This document shows, one piece after another, positions 24,017 to 35,780 of a stretch of 64,000 nucleotides of DNA. The notes beneath the pieces were generated by a model. It worked only from the letters and a program-made list of their open reading frames with translations. It did not search any database and was not told the DNA's origin. Both the position numbers and the translations under genes were made by a program. This DNA is from Psammoneis japonica (taxonomy: Eukaryota): contig QPGO01000026.1 of NCBI GenBank assembly GCA_008632985.1, forward strand, positions 124,001 to 188,000, in the 5' to 3' direction. Each line of letters opens with the position of its first letter. Within the stretch, counting starts at the first letter, position 1.

Positions 24017-26205
24017 GCTGTGGGTGGGGATGCCGTAGAAATCGCGCAGGTGCCATTTTTTTAGTGAAATCAACCTCTCTGCCCAAATGGACCATGGCGG
24101 TCATCGACATCGTGACAAAAAAAAAGTGTCATCATCGCAATTCATGAGGCTCAACGTGTGGTCACAATGCGCAAGGCCGGGCTTCCAACTCCCGCCACAA
24201 CGTTCGCTAAGTGACCACCAAGTCAACCTGCCGTTTCTCACCAAATCGCTTTCGTGCCCTCAGAATCGCTGTTTCAGACAGCCCCTTCAAAGTGTTACAT
24301 CCACCATCATCTCATTGGGTGGAATGCTGCGAGGGGCCATCTCGAACAACGATTTGGTTGAGATGTTAAAAACAATGTCGACACCTGACCAACAAACATG
24401 CCGTTTCGCACCACATCACTTTCGCACCCTCAGGATCAACACAAAAAGATGTGCATTTGATGCCATCATGTCCGCCGTCATCGAATTGGGCGAGGGGCTC
24501 CAAAGTGTAATTTTTAGCGGCAGTTTCATCGAGTGATTTTGAAATGTCTGCGAATGACCTCACATCTCGTCTGAACATCATGCCGTCATCCAAATGGCAC
24601 CTTCACGAGAAATGGTTTCGTCGCATGCTGGAAACAAAGACCACAGAGACTCAATCTATCAGCAAACAACTTGCCATCATGATGAAAGCTCTGAGAAAAG
24701 GATTTTTGGGCTCTCAAACTCTGAGATGTTGAGAGCGATCGATTGCGAGTTCACGACAAGCAACAAGCATTCCAACACTGCGTTTTTGGCCACATCAACA
24801 GGAAGAGCGACACTAAGAGGCACATTGTGGAGAGCAATGGGTGGTTGGACATGGTTGGAGAAACACGGTGCTGCAGCAGTGGTCATGGCGTTTGACGAAC
24901 AAGGACAAGCAGCGACCGAGGAGGACAAGGTTTGGACATGCAAGCGCTCATACGACATTCACGAAATGGGCACATTGTGTGTGATCCCAATGTGTTGACA
25001 ATTGGCACCAGCATGGAGGAACATGCCAACTGCAAGTCGACTTTGTTGACGCAACAAAGACCATCAAGGAACGGTGTCCGCACGCAAAGGTTGTCGGCAG
25101 TGGTTCAAACCTTTCGTTTGGATTCCGAGGAGCAACGAAAATCCGCGAATCAACTCATGCCGTGTTCTTGAATCATGCAATCGTTGAGTCTGGGATGCAC
25201 TTTGGCATCATGAATGCAAAGGAAATGCTTGCTGTCGATGAATTGGATGACAACACGAGGGTGCCATGCGAGAATCTCGCACTCAACAAGACCGAGGATG
25301 AGACAGATGAGATGCTAAAGCAAACAGCGTACAAAAGAGCATGCATTGATGCCAGAAAGAAGGGCTTGCCTCTGCCTTGGAAGCCCCATGGCAAACCTGC
25401 AAACAAGCCACGCCTTGCATTCTCACATGACAAAGTCATCTCCAAACCTGCCATCGAACCGCCTCCACCGATGCCAACGTCAGAAGCTGCAAAGAATCAT
25501 GTCCTGAACAGACAAGCAGAAAGAACAAAATGGCAGAGCTCATTGTGCTTTGAAATGAGAACTTAGTTCCACCGCGAAATGGGCGTGCATTGGCACTCGG
25601 TGGATTTTTACATGGTGAAGCATGGCAAAAGAGAGAAAGATGCCATTGATCGTTCTCTGCAACTGGAGAGACAGCTGAATTTGCAGATGCATTGTTAGAT
25701 GCGTGATTGATTCCACTTTTGATGTCGGTCACTTTTGGCATCATAACAGCCGCAATGTCATTCCAAAACTACAAACGAGACATCAAGGATTTTCAGTCAT
25801 GATTACACAGTGAAGTGCGGCAAAAGCAACAAAAGCACTGTTTCACGTTCTTTCCAACTACGGAGTCAGGTGACTTGGCAGATGCATCATTGGAGATGCG
25901 AGAGCCTCTGCTTTTGACATTGGCCAGTGTCGGCATGACAAAAGTTGCAGTGACATTCCAAAACTACAAATGAGTGACGGCAGGATTTTTGAAAAATCGA
26001 AACATTTTCAGTCGTGACTGCACGGCAAAGCATGGGAAAATGGCGGTCACTTCATCGATCTCGTTAACGATGAATGCAAGGCAATTGAAAAAGTCACCCC
26101 CCCATTTTAAGACCACCGTAACACCCTCTATCGACTGAGGCAACTCTCGTTTCGATCCAAGAAAATTCATCTCTACGTGATTTCTACGGCGTCCCCTCCC
26201 ACAGC
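24017..26205. mobile_element. Non-autonomous TIR element carrying a METH fragment (Pack-type)
   Basis: About 33-bp imperfect TIR GCTGTGGGTGGGGATGCCGTAGAAATCGCGCAG / CTACGTGATTTCTACGGCGTCCCCTCCCACAGC; TSD not resolved. Confidence 0.75.
24855..25500 (+). pseudogene. METH: Captured fragment of cobalamin-dependent methionine synthase (pterin-binding domain)
   Basis: [18 protein letters not shown]...[39 protein letters not shown]...GIMNA across three frames, with internal deletions. Confidence 0.9.
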
Positions 26206-26212
26206 TCTGCTG

Positions 26213-28218
26213 CACAGCAAACGAGACTTCACGGAAATGCATGGAATGAGCCTTTTTTTCTCACATTCCGCTGTGCTGTTCCGCAAACAACAAGGCCATT
26301 TTGCACATTTCGTGGAGGCCTCTTTTAACGGAATGTGCTCCACGTTCCGTTTTCGAGAAGATGCTCAAGGAATGTGAAAAGCATGTTCCGTGTAACCATC
26401 ATTCTCTTTGCATTCCGTGATGACAAACGGAGTGCACTAATGCGAGTTTGAACACTGTCGGCATTCCGTCACATGTGCATCAGCAACAGAATGGGGCATG
26501 GTTGGCAAGAGCACACACATGTGCACTGCTGCACAGCAGAGTGAGACTGCCGCAAGAGAAAAAGAATTGTCTGCATTTTTAATGACACTGCTGATCATTT
26601 TTACCAATCGGCCATCTGGCCGTGCGATGATGGAAGCGACGGCAACGGCGAAGAGACGCACCACCGAGTCTCACCGGCACGCATCTTGTCTCTTCATTCT
26701 CTTGTTTCGCCTCTCTTTGATGCTTTTTCTGTGTTTTCGTTTTGGTCGTGGAAAGTTAATCTGTGATGTCATGTCCGCATGCACACATTCAACGCATGAT
26801 TCAACAATGAAGACAGCAGACGCATTTCGGTTAAACATGTTAAACAAGATTGGAATGAGAAGCAAGTCATCAGTCTGCACATGTCAAGACTCTAGTGCAA
26901 CACAAGGACACATTTAACATTGAGAAATAGAGACTCCTTGTTTGGAAGTGTGGAGAAAACCATCGTGGAATTCTACGTGTTTTTTTGGAATTGGTGGCTT
27001 CTACGCAAAATGACACTGGAGCGAAGTCTTCGCATTGGCGTCTTTTTCCTCTCTGCACTCATCTCAAAAACTCTCTTCACAGTTGAGGCCATCAAACGAA
27101 CGACAACGATGAGGACAACCAGCGTGAAGAAGAGGTGGAGGGGGTGCTCATCCACTCACACTTGATGGCAAGTTAGAGGATGCTGGCTGAGCGATTCATC
27201 ATTCGTTCAAAACTTCTGAACCACCCACAAATGTTGCTTCTCATTTTCATTTTGTGACACAGCCCTTTCACAAATCATGAATGCCGAGCGTGGCTGCGAT
27301 GTTGCTCGGAGCACAGCAGAGTGAGACACTCTATCGCAGCGAACTGCATTCTTTGATGACAGCAGTGTGAGAAGTGCCATTGTCGAATTCGCCGTGTCAC
27401 ACTTCAGAATCATGATTGAGGGTGAGTGCCGAGATTTTTTGGGGTGTTGCTGTGTTGTGTCTCACCACACATTCCCATTTGCTTCACTCACATCGTCTCA
27501 TTCTTCTGCCATTGTTCTTCTTGTAGACTCACAAGCTTGTCTTAAGAAGTGTAGAAAATGCCCAAGCTGCTGCTGGTCCCCGCGGACTCCGTCAAGATCA
27601 TGCAGGTGGACGAGAATTGAACCCCCGAGCAGTGAGAACTCGGCACGTGCAAGGTTCTCTCCATTTGCCCATGTCATTGGACTGTTGCTTTTTAATGGAG
27701 TTTGCTGCGTTTGGTGAATGTAAGACAGCAAAGAGTGACTCCAGAGGCTCGCGAGGGCAGAGCAACTCCGCTCTCGACATGCAGCAGCTAGAGCAGAGCA
27801 GACAAAAGCAGCAGACACCACAACAGTGCCATGTTCCGACAGCTTTCCACACAGTCGATACATTCCAAGCAGCACTCCGTTCTTTTACTTTGGTTGTGAC
27901 ACAGCACATTCTGTGTTGTGCGAAATGTCAATTCCGTTCCTTCCACGGAATGTGTTGAACGGAACACAGCAAACGGATTGGCAATCGGAACACAAGAAAA
28001 AAGGCCCATTTTAGACCTGCGGATTGAGGCCTCGGAACATGCTTGTTCCGTGAAGTGACAGGGAATGAGAACGTACGTTGCAACATGAATTCGGAATGTG
28101 AGCTCCATTTTTCTTCTTGTCCCGTGATGTCATACGGTACGGTATTCCGTGACCCCCTGGTTTGGCCACGGAGTGGCGCGCAAATTCCGCGCATTTCCGT
28201 GAAGTCTCGTTTGCTGTG
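26213..28218. mobile_element. Non-autonomous TIR element, EnSpm/CACTA-like (a Tc1-like reading is also possible)
   Basis: Perfect 28-bp TIR CACAGCAAACGAGACTTCACGGAAATGC; TG on both flanks (2-bp TSD); many subterminal TTCCG/CGGAA motifs at both ends. Confidence 0.9.
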
Positions 28219-28347
28219 TGCTCGCTGCTCACGCACAGCTCACGATCGTCAATCGAGCGCGAGAGGGGAAAAGGGTGCTCTTAAACCGATAACAGCTTAA
28301 TTGAATCGACTTGCTTGAAAGTGCAACGTTCACCTTTGTCAAACACA

Positions 28348-29487
28348 ATGCCCCTTAGTGACGAGTCACCGTCAAACCAGACCGGCGCTTCAACTAACGA
28401 AACTCCGTCCGCCACTTCGTCATCGACTCCTTCAACTGCAACGTCCCCATCGACTCCGTCCACGCCTGCGACTGACAAGACTGCATCGTCTTCGTCATCG
28501 CTCTCCGTTGTCTCATCGGATCCAATGGCTCGTCCTTGCACCGACAAGCACGTATGGGAAGGAATGGGCGGTGGCGGTGGAAACGTTGTGGCTCTTACAG
28601 GGGGCGGAGTTGCGACGTCGCAGGCGCAGGTCATCATGCCACACCCGGTTGTGCGAGCACGAGTTGTTGATTCAATGTCGCGCCCCCGCAAGAAGCACAA
28701 AATGTCAATTGTGGACGCCCTGAACCGGTTCAATTCCATGTCTCGTGAGGAGCAGATCGAGTCCTTGCCGTTTTGTCTCGTAGAATTGACGCTGGAAGAG
28801 TTCCACGCTCAATGTGATGCTCTAGAAGGTGCCGGATGCTCTCGCTGTGAGTTTCGAGACGGTGGAGCCTGGATTTACGAGCTGCCACATGCTGCTCATG
28901 ATCGCGCTGCGCAAGAAGTTATCAGAGAGCTTGATCGGCAGTTGGGCAATCGTAGCAGAGATTTCGCGATTGCGGCAAGCCCAAGATGTGATAACAATGA
29001 TGCCAACTGGTCCTATGAGCCGGATGGATCGCTGACAACCCGACGCTTCCGTCCAGGACGAGACAATGTCGACGCAGCCGACAGCTCGGGAAATCGATGG
29101 CCAAACCTCATTGTTGAAGTAGCATATTCAGAGTCGGAACAGCACGTTCGCGCCAAGGCCTTGGATTGGTTGAACACAGCTCAGAACCCAAACCATGGTG
29201 TTCAGCGGGTGATTGTCATCAAGATCGAATACCCAGGGCTTACTTATGGTCAAAGGACACTGAAAGCTTGGCGGTATGAGCGTGGTGCAGATAACAACCC
29301 AGTGCAGGAAATCGAGTTTAGAAACCACGGTCCAAACAACGGTGCCGCTCAAGCTGGAATTCCCGGGATGCAGCTCCATATCCCGGTTAGGAGTTTATAC
29401 CTCCCACTTCACTCGCCTGATGGTTTGGTTGAATCACTTTCTCTCGACTTATTCTACATTCGGACAATTATCGAGGAGGCATTTTAG
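28348..29487 (+). CDS. Uma2/DUF820-like PD-(D/E)XK endonuclease-fold protein with Ser/Thr-rich N-terminus
   Basis: PHAAHD, YEPDGSL, WPNLIVEVAYSES...KALDWL, VIVIKI; intact single-exon ORF. Confidence 0.75.
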   Translation: MPLSDESPSNQTGASTNETPSATSSSTPSTATSPSTPSTPATDKTASSSSSLSVVSSDPMARPCTDKHVWEGMGGGGGNVVALTGGGVATSQAQVIMPHPVVRARVVDSMSRPRKKHKMSIVDALNRFNSMSREEQIESLPFCLVELTLEEFHAQCDALEGAGCSRCEFRDGGAWIYELPHAAHDRAAQEVIRELDRQLGNRSRDFAIAASPRCDNNDANWSYEPDGSLTTRRFRPGRDNVDAADSSGNRWPNLIVEVAYSESEQHVRAKALDWLNTAQNPNHGVQRVIVIKIEYPGLTYGQRTLKAWRYERGADNNPVQEIEFRNHGPNNGAAQAGIPGMQLHIPVRSLYLPLHSPDGLVESLSLDLFYIRTIIEEAF

Positions 29488-30347
29488 ACAGAACTTGCAA
29501 GCGTTGCATCATGCTTTGGATAACTGATGGCGAGCTTTAGGACAAATCCTTGCTTGTTGCTACGTACAGTAGAGCGTTTATTTGGTTTCACTTCTTGTTG
29601 CGTATTTCGATTATTACCTCTGCCTAGTAGATGCCCTACATCTGCACCGGTAGGGTGCAACTATTATCTAAGATCCTGTCATTAAGGACCAAGCTTGCTT
29701 CGACGAAAACTTGCTCAGGTGCGTAACCTCGGATAAAAGAAACTGACTTTTGAGCCATCCTTGATGCTCAGAGGTGCATAAATCGTCTTGTCGTCCGCGC
29801 GTGTGCTTCCTTGCGCGCAATCAACGCGCGAACGACAAAACGATGAGGTGGCTCACGGACGTGGATCTGCTACGAAAGCCTCTGTCACGACGACGTGCTA
29901 TCCCCCATGAACAAATCCGTCTGTTTTCCGACCGATGGTGCCGCACACGGCACCATAATCGCCACCGTAGAACAATGCTGAATTTGCCGTAGAGAATCTT
30001 TCCGTTGGAACAATTTTCGATCGCTAAAACTGCCTCCGACAATTCACCTCCGAAGATGAGGTGATGCCTTCAGACATGCCCGAAAGCTGTGTCAATGAAG
30101 AACACTGTGTGCACGTTAGTTGCTCAGCTTCTGAGGAATGAATGCTGAATCAATTTTGAGCGGGGCGTTCTGTTTCGCCTGTCAAGGGAGACGAGTTCAG
30201 CGGTCTCGATTTCCGATCGCTTGCACTCGGCGTCTTGTGTCTTGCTCCGAGTGCCAAGCACCAAGTTGCATTTGGAACACAGAACAACAACAACAAGACA
30301 AGCCATTGCATCAAGGTTTTTGAAATCGCGAGTGCCTGAGTGTTGCC

Positions 30348-32000
30348 ATGAATGGATTGTCAGTTGATTTCATTCCTTCGTTGGAGTCAGATTGGTTGCA
30401 TTGCTACGAGGAGAAAACGGATGTTGCTTTTTCCAAAGAAGATCTTCATTTGTTTCTTGATTCCATGCAGGACAAGTGCTTGACGGAATCGACACAGAAC
30501 CGTCCAACGTGGCATGCAGATGATGACTTTGGGAAAGATGTGAAGATGCCATTTGGCGAGGCCCGTGCAGAGGTGTGGAAAGCAGCAAAAGATGAGACAA
30601 AGGGGTGCAGAGCGCGGGTGCAGAAAATGATTGGGAAAAGTTTTGACGAAGTCGACGATCCTGTTGAAGATCTTCTTCTCTTGGATGTGGGAAAGTCAAG
30701 TCCATTGATGCAGTTGCTGCAGTCAGAATGTGCTTTGTCTTTTGAAGAGACCGCATCTTTCATGTCTGCACATTGCATGCAAAAAGCACACGGATTCTCG
30801 GTTGATCGACTGTGCGACGGCAAGTGCGACAGACTCGACAGGTCTGGGTTGATGGATGAAGAGAAGCACAAGGCAGATTGGAAAATGATTGGCAAATCAC
30901 CTTCAGAAATGGCGGCACGTAAAAAGACAGCTTTCTGGGAGAAATTCCAAGATCGGTTCAATGAGTTGTGTCAAAATGTTAATGTGAGTGACAGTTTGAA
31001 TTTGATTGTGTCTCTTGACGATGACAAGAAGAAAGCTGCGGTTGACAATGGTGCAGACATGCAGGGTTTAAAGCAAGTCGTCCACACTGACAAACGCAAA
31101 GGAATCATGGGCCACACCGCAGTGTCTCCCGCCACACTTCTTACTTGCGGTGTTTGTTGGGAGCAAGAGGGCGACACTGCACACGACTGCTGCGCAAAGC
31201 TTGTCAAAAGAATTTTTGGCAATAAACCTGTGCTTGACAGGGGTGCTTTTTGTTCTGACCGTGGCCATTGGACACTTAAGTTGCTTGTCTGTCTGTTGGA
31301 GAACGGGGCTGAAGTTCATGGTGCGGTGTGTCATCAACATTGGCATCAGTTTGCCTGCGATCAAGATTTGAAGACAGGTGATCCACGGACATTGATTGAC
31401 AAAGTTGGGCCATCGACTCTTTACACTGGCACAGGGAAGGTTGCAGATTGGGACATTTGTCTGAATGCATGTCGAAATGGCACAAATGGTGACAGCAAGG
31501 GGATGGGAACAGTGCAAGAGCACCTGCTGACAGGCCAATGGTGACTCCAGCCAGGCCTTCAGAAGCAAGACAGTGGCTGAGAGGCTCGATTGAGCAAGAG
31601 GACACCGCCACAATTGCAAAGGAGTCCGGCAAGTCCCCCAAACGCGGCATTTTACCCGCTCTGACAAACCAACCAAACACTCTTGAAAAAGCACATCCCC
31701 ACAAGCACTTCAAGCATTGTAAAGGCATGCCATTGCCTGGAGCATGCCCTGACACAGGGAACGATGCTGGATCCGGAGGCTTGGGTCATTGCATTCTTTG
31801 CAAGAGAAAGACCCACTTTTTTTGCTCTGACTGCAGGAACTGGTTTTGCCATGACAAGTCACGTCCTGACGACACCGGAGCTCCACATTTTCGAGATGCT
31901 GCAACACATCAAAATGGAAATAATCAAATCACTGGCAAGCACACGTGCTTTGTGCAGTGCCATCAGACGACATTGTCTGACTTGGAAAAAAGACATGCAC
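30348..32000 (+). pseudogene. Divergent DDE/DDD transposase (piggyBac-like), internally deleted and hypermutated
   Basis: VSLDDDK, CSDRGHW (DRGY with Y to H), VHGAV, and C-terminal Cys cluster CILCKRKTHFFCSDCRNWFC resembling the piggyBac cysteine-rich domain. Confidence 0.6.
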
Positions 32001-32784
32001 CAGAACAAGCAACGACACTGTTCACACCCCATTGTTCTCGGCACTCACCTTGGTCAATCTTTCAACACGAAAGAGGCGGCATGGACACCGGTGCGAGTGG
32101 TGCGGAGGTGAAAACACACACTCCGTAGTGTCGTTCCTGAACATCCTTCGTGTCCTGCCGTTGTCAACAAAACCATTCGTGCCCCATCATTGTCAACAAT
32201 GTCAAGTGCACTGCATCATTCGAGACACAAAAGGCGATTGTCAGATGGTGGGCAATGTTGGGGGAAAGAGGCATTTGGCACAAGGAAACAACATTCATCA
32301 ACTGTGGCAATGACAAGCTGCGATTTGCAAGTCGGTTTTCGCCATTTTTTGTTCTTGGCATGCACCTCACTCATTCTTTCAAAACACACACTTGTTGACC
32401 ATGCAAAGACTTTTACAAAATGTCCCTGCATGTCTCTGGGTGTGGCTTGGTTGACAAGAAGGGCAACCAAGAGGCACAGCAGCAAGAGTGATGTGGAGGT
32501 GTTGCAAACAAAAAAAGTGAAAAAAAAGCTGTGTAAAACACCAGTGCATGTCCTACGAGGGTGTTCATGGTGCCGTGTGCGCGCGGCACCATAATTTTCG
32601 ATGGTGCCGCATGCGGCACCGTGCGCACATGCGGGCTACACGCGAGAGAATTTTCATGGGGCGAAGTTCCAAATTTTTCCAAATTCGTCGCGACACAACG
32701 CGTGCCAAACGACAAGTTTGCGTCCACATTCTGCCATGCCCATCAGCACAATCACTCATGCTGACATCATTTGCTCCACACAAC

Positions 32785-34075
32785 ATGCCAAGGTCACAGT
32801 TGCTGGCATGTGATCTGTGCCAGTGCAATTGGAGCGAATGCAAAAAGTGCTGTGCCGACATTGCGAAGTGCTGCATTGACACACAAAACACCGCATCCGT
32901 TGTTGGGTCATTGTCGTGTTCCAGATGGGACGAAGAAATCTACTGTTGCATTGAGAGCATCATTTGTTCGTCTGCTTGGGGGAGGGTTCAAAGGAAAAGG
33001 TGAAATGGTCATTGCAAGGCATCATTTTTACCTCAAATTGATGGAGAGGACAGGAACAGGCAGTCCATGTGCCTCAGCACGGATGACGGAGGGCATGTTC
33101 AGTTGGATCCTTTGCCTGGTGCTGGAGGGACGTTTGGCAACATCACTGCTCCCATGGATGCAGATGCTGCCCATGGCATGGGCATTGTGCATGATTCTGA
33201 ACGCATCATTGTGGAGGAAAATGCTGCTTCCGACAACAAGTGTGGACACACACAAGCGCCGTTGGCATCAAGGAAGGATGTCCAAGGCATCATTGATTCA
33301 TTCACTTCAGAAAGGACAGCTTGGGACATCATAAGATCATCAGCAGCAGTGGACAATGAAGGAGACAATGCAAGTGCCGAGGAGGAGGTTGTTCCAGAAT
33401 GGACCGGTCCGTTGGTGCCATCTGTCGTGCAACCAGTCAACAAATTGAGTGGTCTGCACATGCACACATTGAACCAAACTGATGTGTTGGATGACAAGAA
33501 GGAGAGGGAGTTCAGGTGCCACCCAGAAACTGCTGCTATTTTGAAACTGCATTGCAAGCATTACGACAAAGCGGACATTTTCCCTCTTGGACGCAACAAC
33601 CACAATGTGCAAGTGCACTTGCGTCCGTGTCAGCATTGTGCTCAAGGCGATCACTCGACTGCGTGTGCCATGTTTTCCATTGTCCAAAAAAGGAGAACAG
33701 ACCATGGACACTGTGAGGGCTGCGATTTGCACAACCGATCTGTGAAACGTCGCAAGACCATGGAGTCCAAGTCTCTAGATGAGATTCACCCATCAACCCT
33801 GCTGTTCTCGTGAAAATCTTGAGAACAAAATGTCAAGAGTGTCAAACAATTTGAGGAAGGCAAGGGGCAGGCTGAAGTCATTGCAGAAACTCTTAAATTC
33901 TGACAAGGACCGGCTCTATCTTGGTGACAATGACGACAGTTTGCGAGACCTGCTGTTTGACACCTCCAACTGCTGCAAAGAGAATGAGACTGCAGTTCAC
34001 AAAAAAATCCTGGAGTGCATTGTCCTGCACCTTGTAGAAGCAGAGGGTGATGGTGGTTCAATGTCAGAGCAGGGG
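32785..34075 (+). pseudogene. Second, truncated ORF remnant of the 29769-35427 element (Cys-rich segments plus coiled coil)
   Basis: Consecutive frameshifted + strand ORFs from MPRSQLL to NLENKMSRVSNNLRKARGRLKSLQKLL; ends at the tandem array. Confidence 0.4.
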
Positions 34076-34079
34076 GTGA

Positions 34080-34935
34080 CATGTGGCAGTCCAAACCATG
34101 CCAAAGCACATCCACAAAAACAGCAGAATGATGCTGACACCAATTCATGACGCAAGCAAGACTGCCTGTTCCGCTTCAAACAGGTCCCTTGACATTTCCT
34201 GTTGGCAATGGCACAAGCAGCAAACAAAAGAGTCCGTGAGAGCCTTTCTTTCATGTGCAGCTGGCTGTCCAAGCCATGCACGGTAAACAGCAGATAAGAT
34301 GAGCTCACAAATGTGTGCCATTTTGCTTCGATCAAACAACAGATGCAACCAAGCCACTTCAGAATAGATCAACTAACAGATGCTTCCTGTGGCAATGGCA
34401 CAAGAAACAGACAACAGAGTCCGTGAGTGCATGTCTTCAACATGTGGCTGTCCAAGCCACAAACTGTAAAAAGCAGAGAATGCGAGCTCACAAGACATGC
34501 GCACCGTTTTTTGAATCACCAGAACAACCGATGCAACCCAAGCAATTCAGATTGAATGAACCAGCAGATGCTTCCTGTGGCAATGGCACAACAAATAGAC
34601 AATGGAGCCCATGAGAGTGCAATGATTCTTTGACATGTGGCCATCCAAGCCATGAACCGCAAAAAGCAGAGAGTGCGAGCGCACGAGAACTGAGCACCAT
34701 TTTGCTTCGCCCAAACAACAATTGAAACCAACCCAATTCAGACCCATCAACTGACAGATGCTTCCTGTGGCAATGGTGCAACAAATAGAAAATAGAGTCC
34801 GTGAGAGCATTGCTTTGATTTGCCCAAACCATGAACTGCAACAACAGGAAAAAACGAGCTTGCAAGAACTGCGCGCCGTTTTGCATCACCCAAACAAGAC
34901 ATGCAACCAAACCCACTCGGATTCGATCAACCTGC
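34080..34935 (+). repeat. About 189-bp tandem repeat, roughly 4.5 diverged copies
   Basis: TTCCTGT(T)GGCAATGG recurs at about 34196, 34384, 34572 and 34762 with colinear downstream sequence. Confidence 0.9.
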
Positions 34936-35780
34936 AGTTATGATGCTGCTGGACCCCTTTGACATGTTGTAACTTGGGAGATGTTTGATGCCGGGAAGGC
35001 ACAATTGCCGGGCAAAATTCACCCTGAGAGAAGCCAATGACGAAACACCTGACGGCAACAACAAAGAAAAAAACACTGAGGTCGTAAGTCTAAATTGCAC
35101 ATTTTCTCCACAACCAACAGTCCTGCTGCACTTTACTTGCCATCACAAATGAATCAGATGTCATAGATTCAGAAGGAAGCAGTGAGTCGAGGTGCCACAG
35201 CTCTGCTTTCGAAAGAGAGCTGCGTGATGTGTTGATGATGCGTCGTGTTGTTGTGTGAGATTTTGGCGATCAGACCGCTTTTCGCCCCATAAAAATTCTC
35301 TCAGGTGCGGCACGTCGTGACAGCGAAACATGCCAGCGTGAGCCACCTCATCGTTTTGACGTTCGTGCGCGCGCTGAGTGTGCGAGTGCGCGTGTGCGAA
35401 CGACAACAGACGATTTGTGCACCTCTGTTGATGCTCCTCTTTATCTCATTGAGAGTGTTTGTTTCCACAATCATGAGTTCACCAAGAATGAACCTAACTG
35501 CTTGATTCCGTTTCCTCCACTTGTCCACTTTGCACGACTCTCAATGCGTTCAACTTCTGCGGGCAATTTGAAATTCCCGGAAACAGATGCTCATGATGAT
35601 CTACAGGATCGGACAAAAAATATTGATTAAATTCTTTTATAAAGCCTTGAAGGTATTTTATGCAGCCTTAAATGTTTCGAAAAATGAGAACCCTTCTTCA
35701 CTTTTCTTCTCGAGATCAACATCGCTTCTGTTACTGTGTCAACAGCTTTGGTCAAAGAGGAACGCTGGTCCACCTCAGCA

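Larger units (their letters stand above)
29769..35427. mobile_element. 5.66-kb DNA transposon with long imperfect TIRs and 8-bp TSD (P- or hAT-like ends)
   Basis: TSD TTGATGCT at 29761-29768 and 35428-35435; ends CAGAGGTGCATAAATCGTC / GACGATTTGTGCACCTCTG; inner IR CAAAACGATGAGGTGGCTCACG. Confidence 0.92.

Noticed and set aside
24855..25500. Functional METH gene
   Set aside because: Only part of one domain is present, with frameshifts and deletions, enclosed by TIRs.
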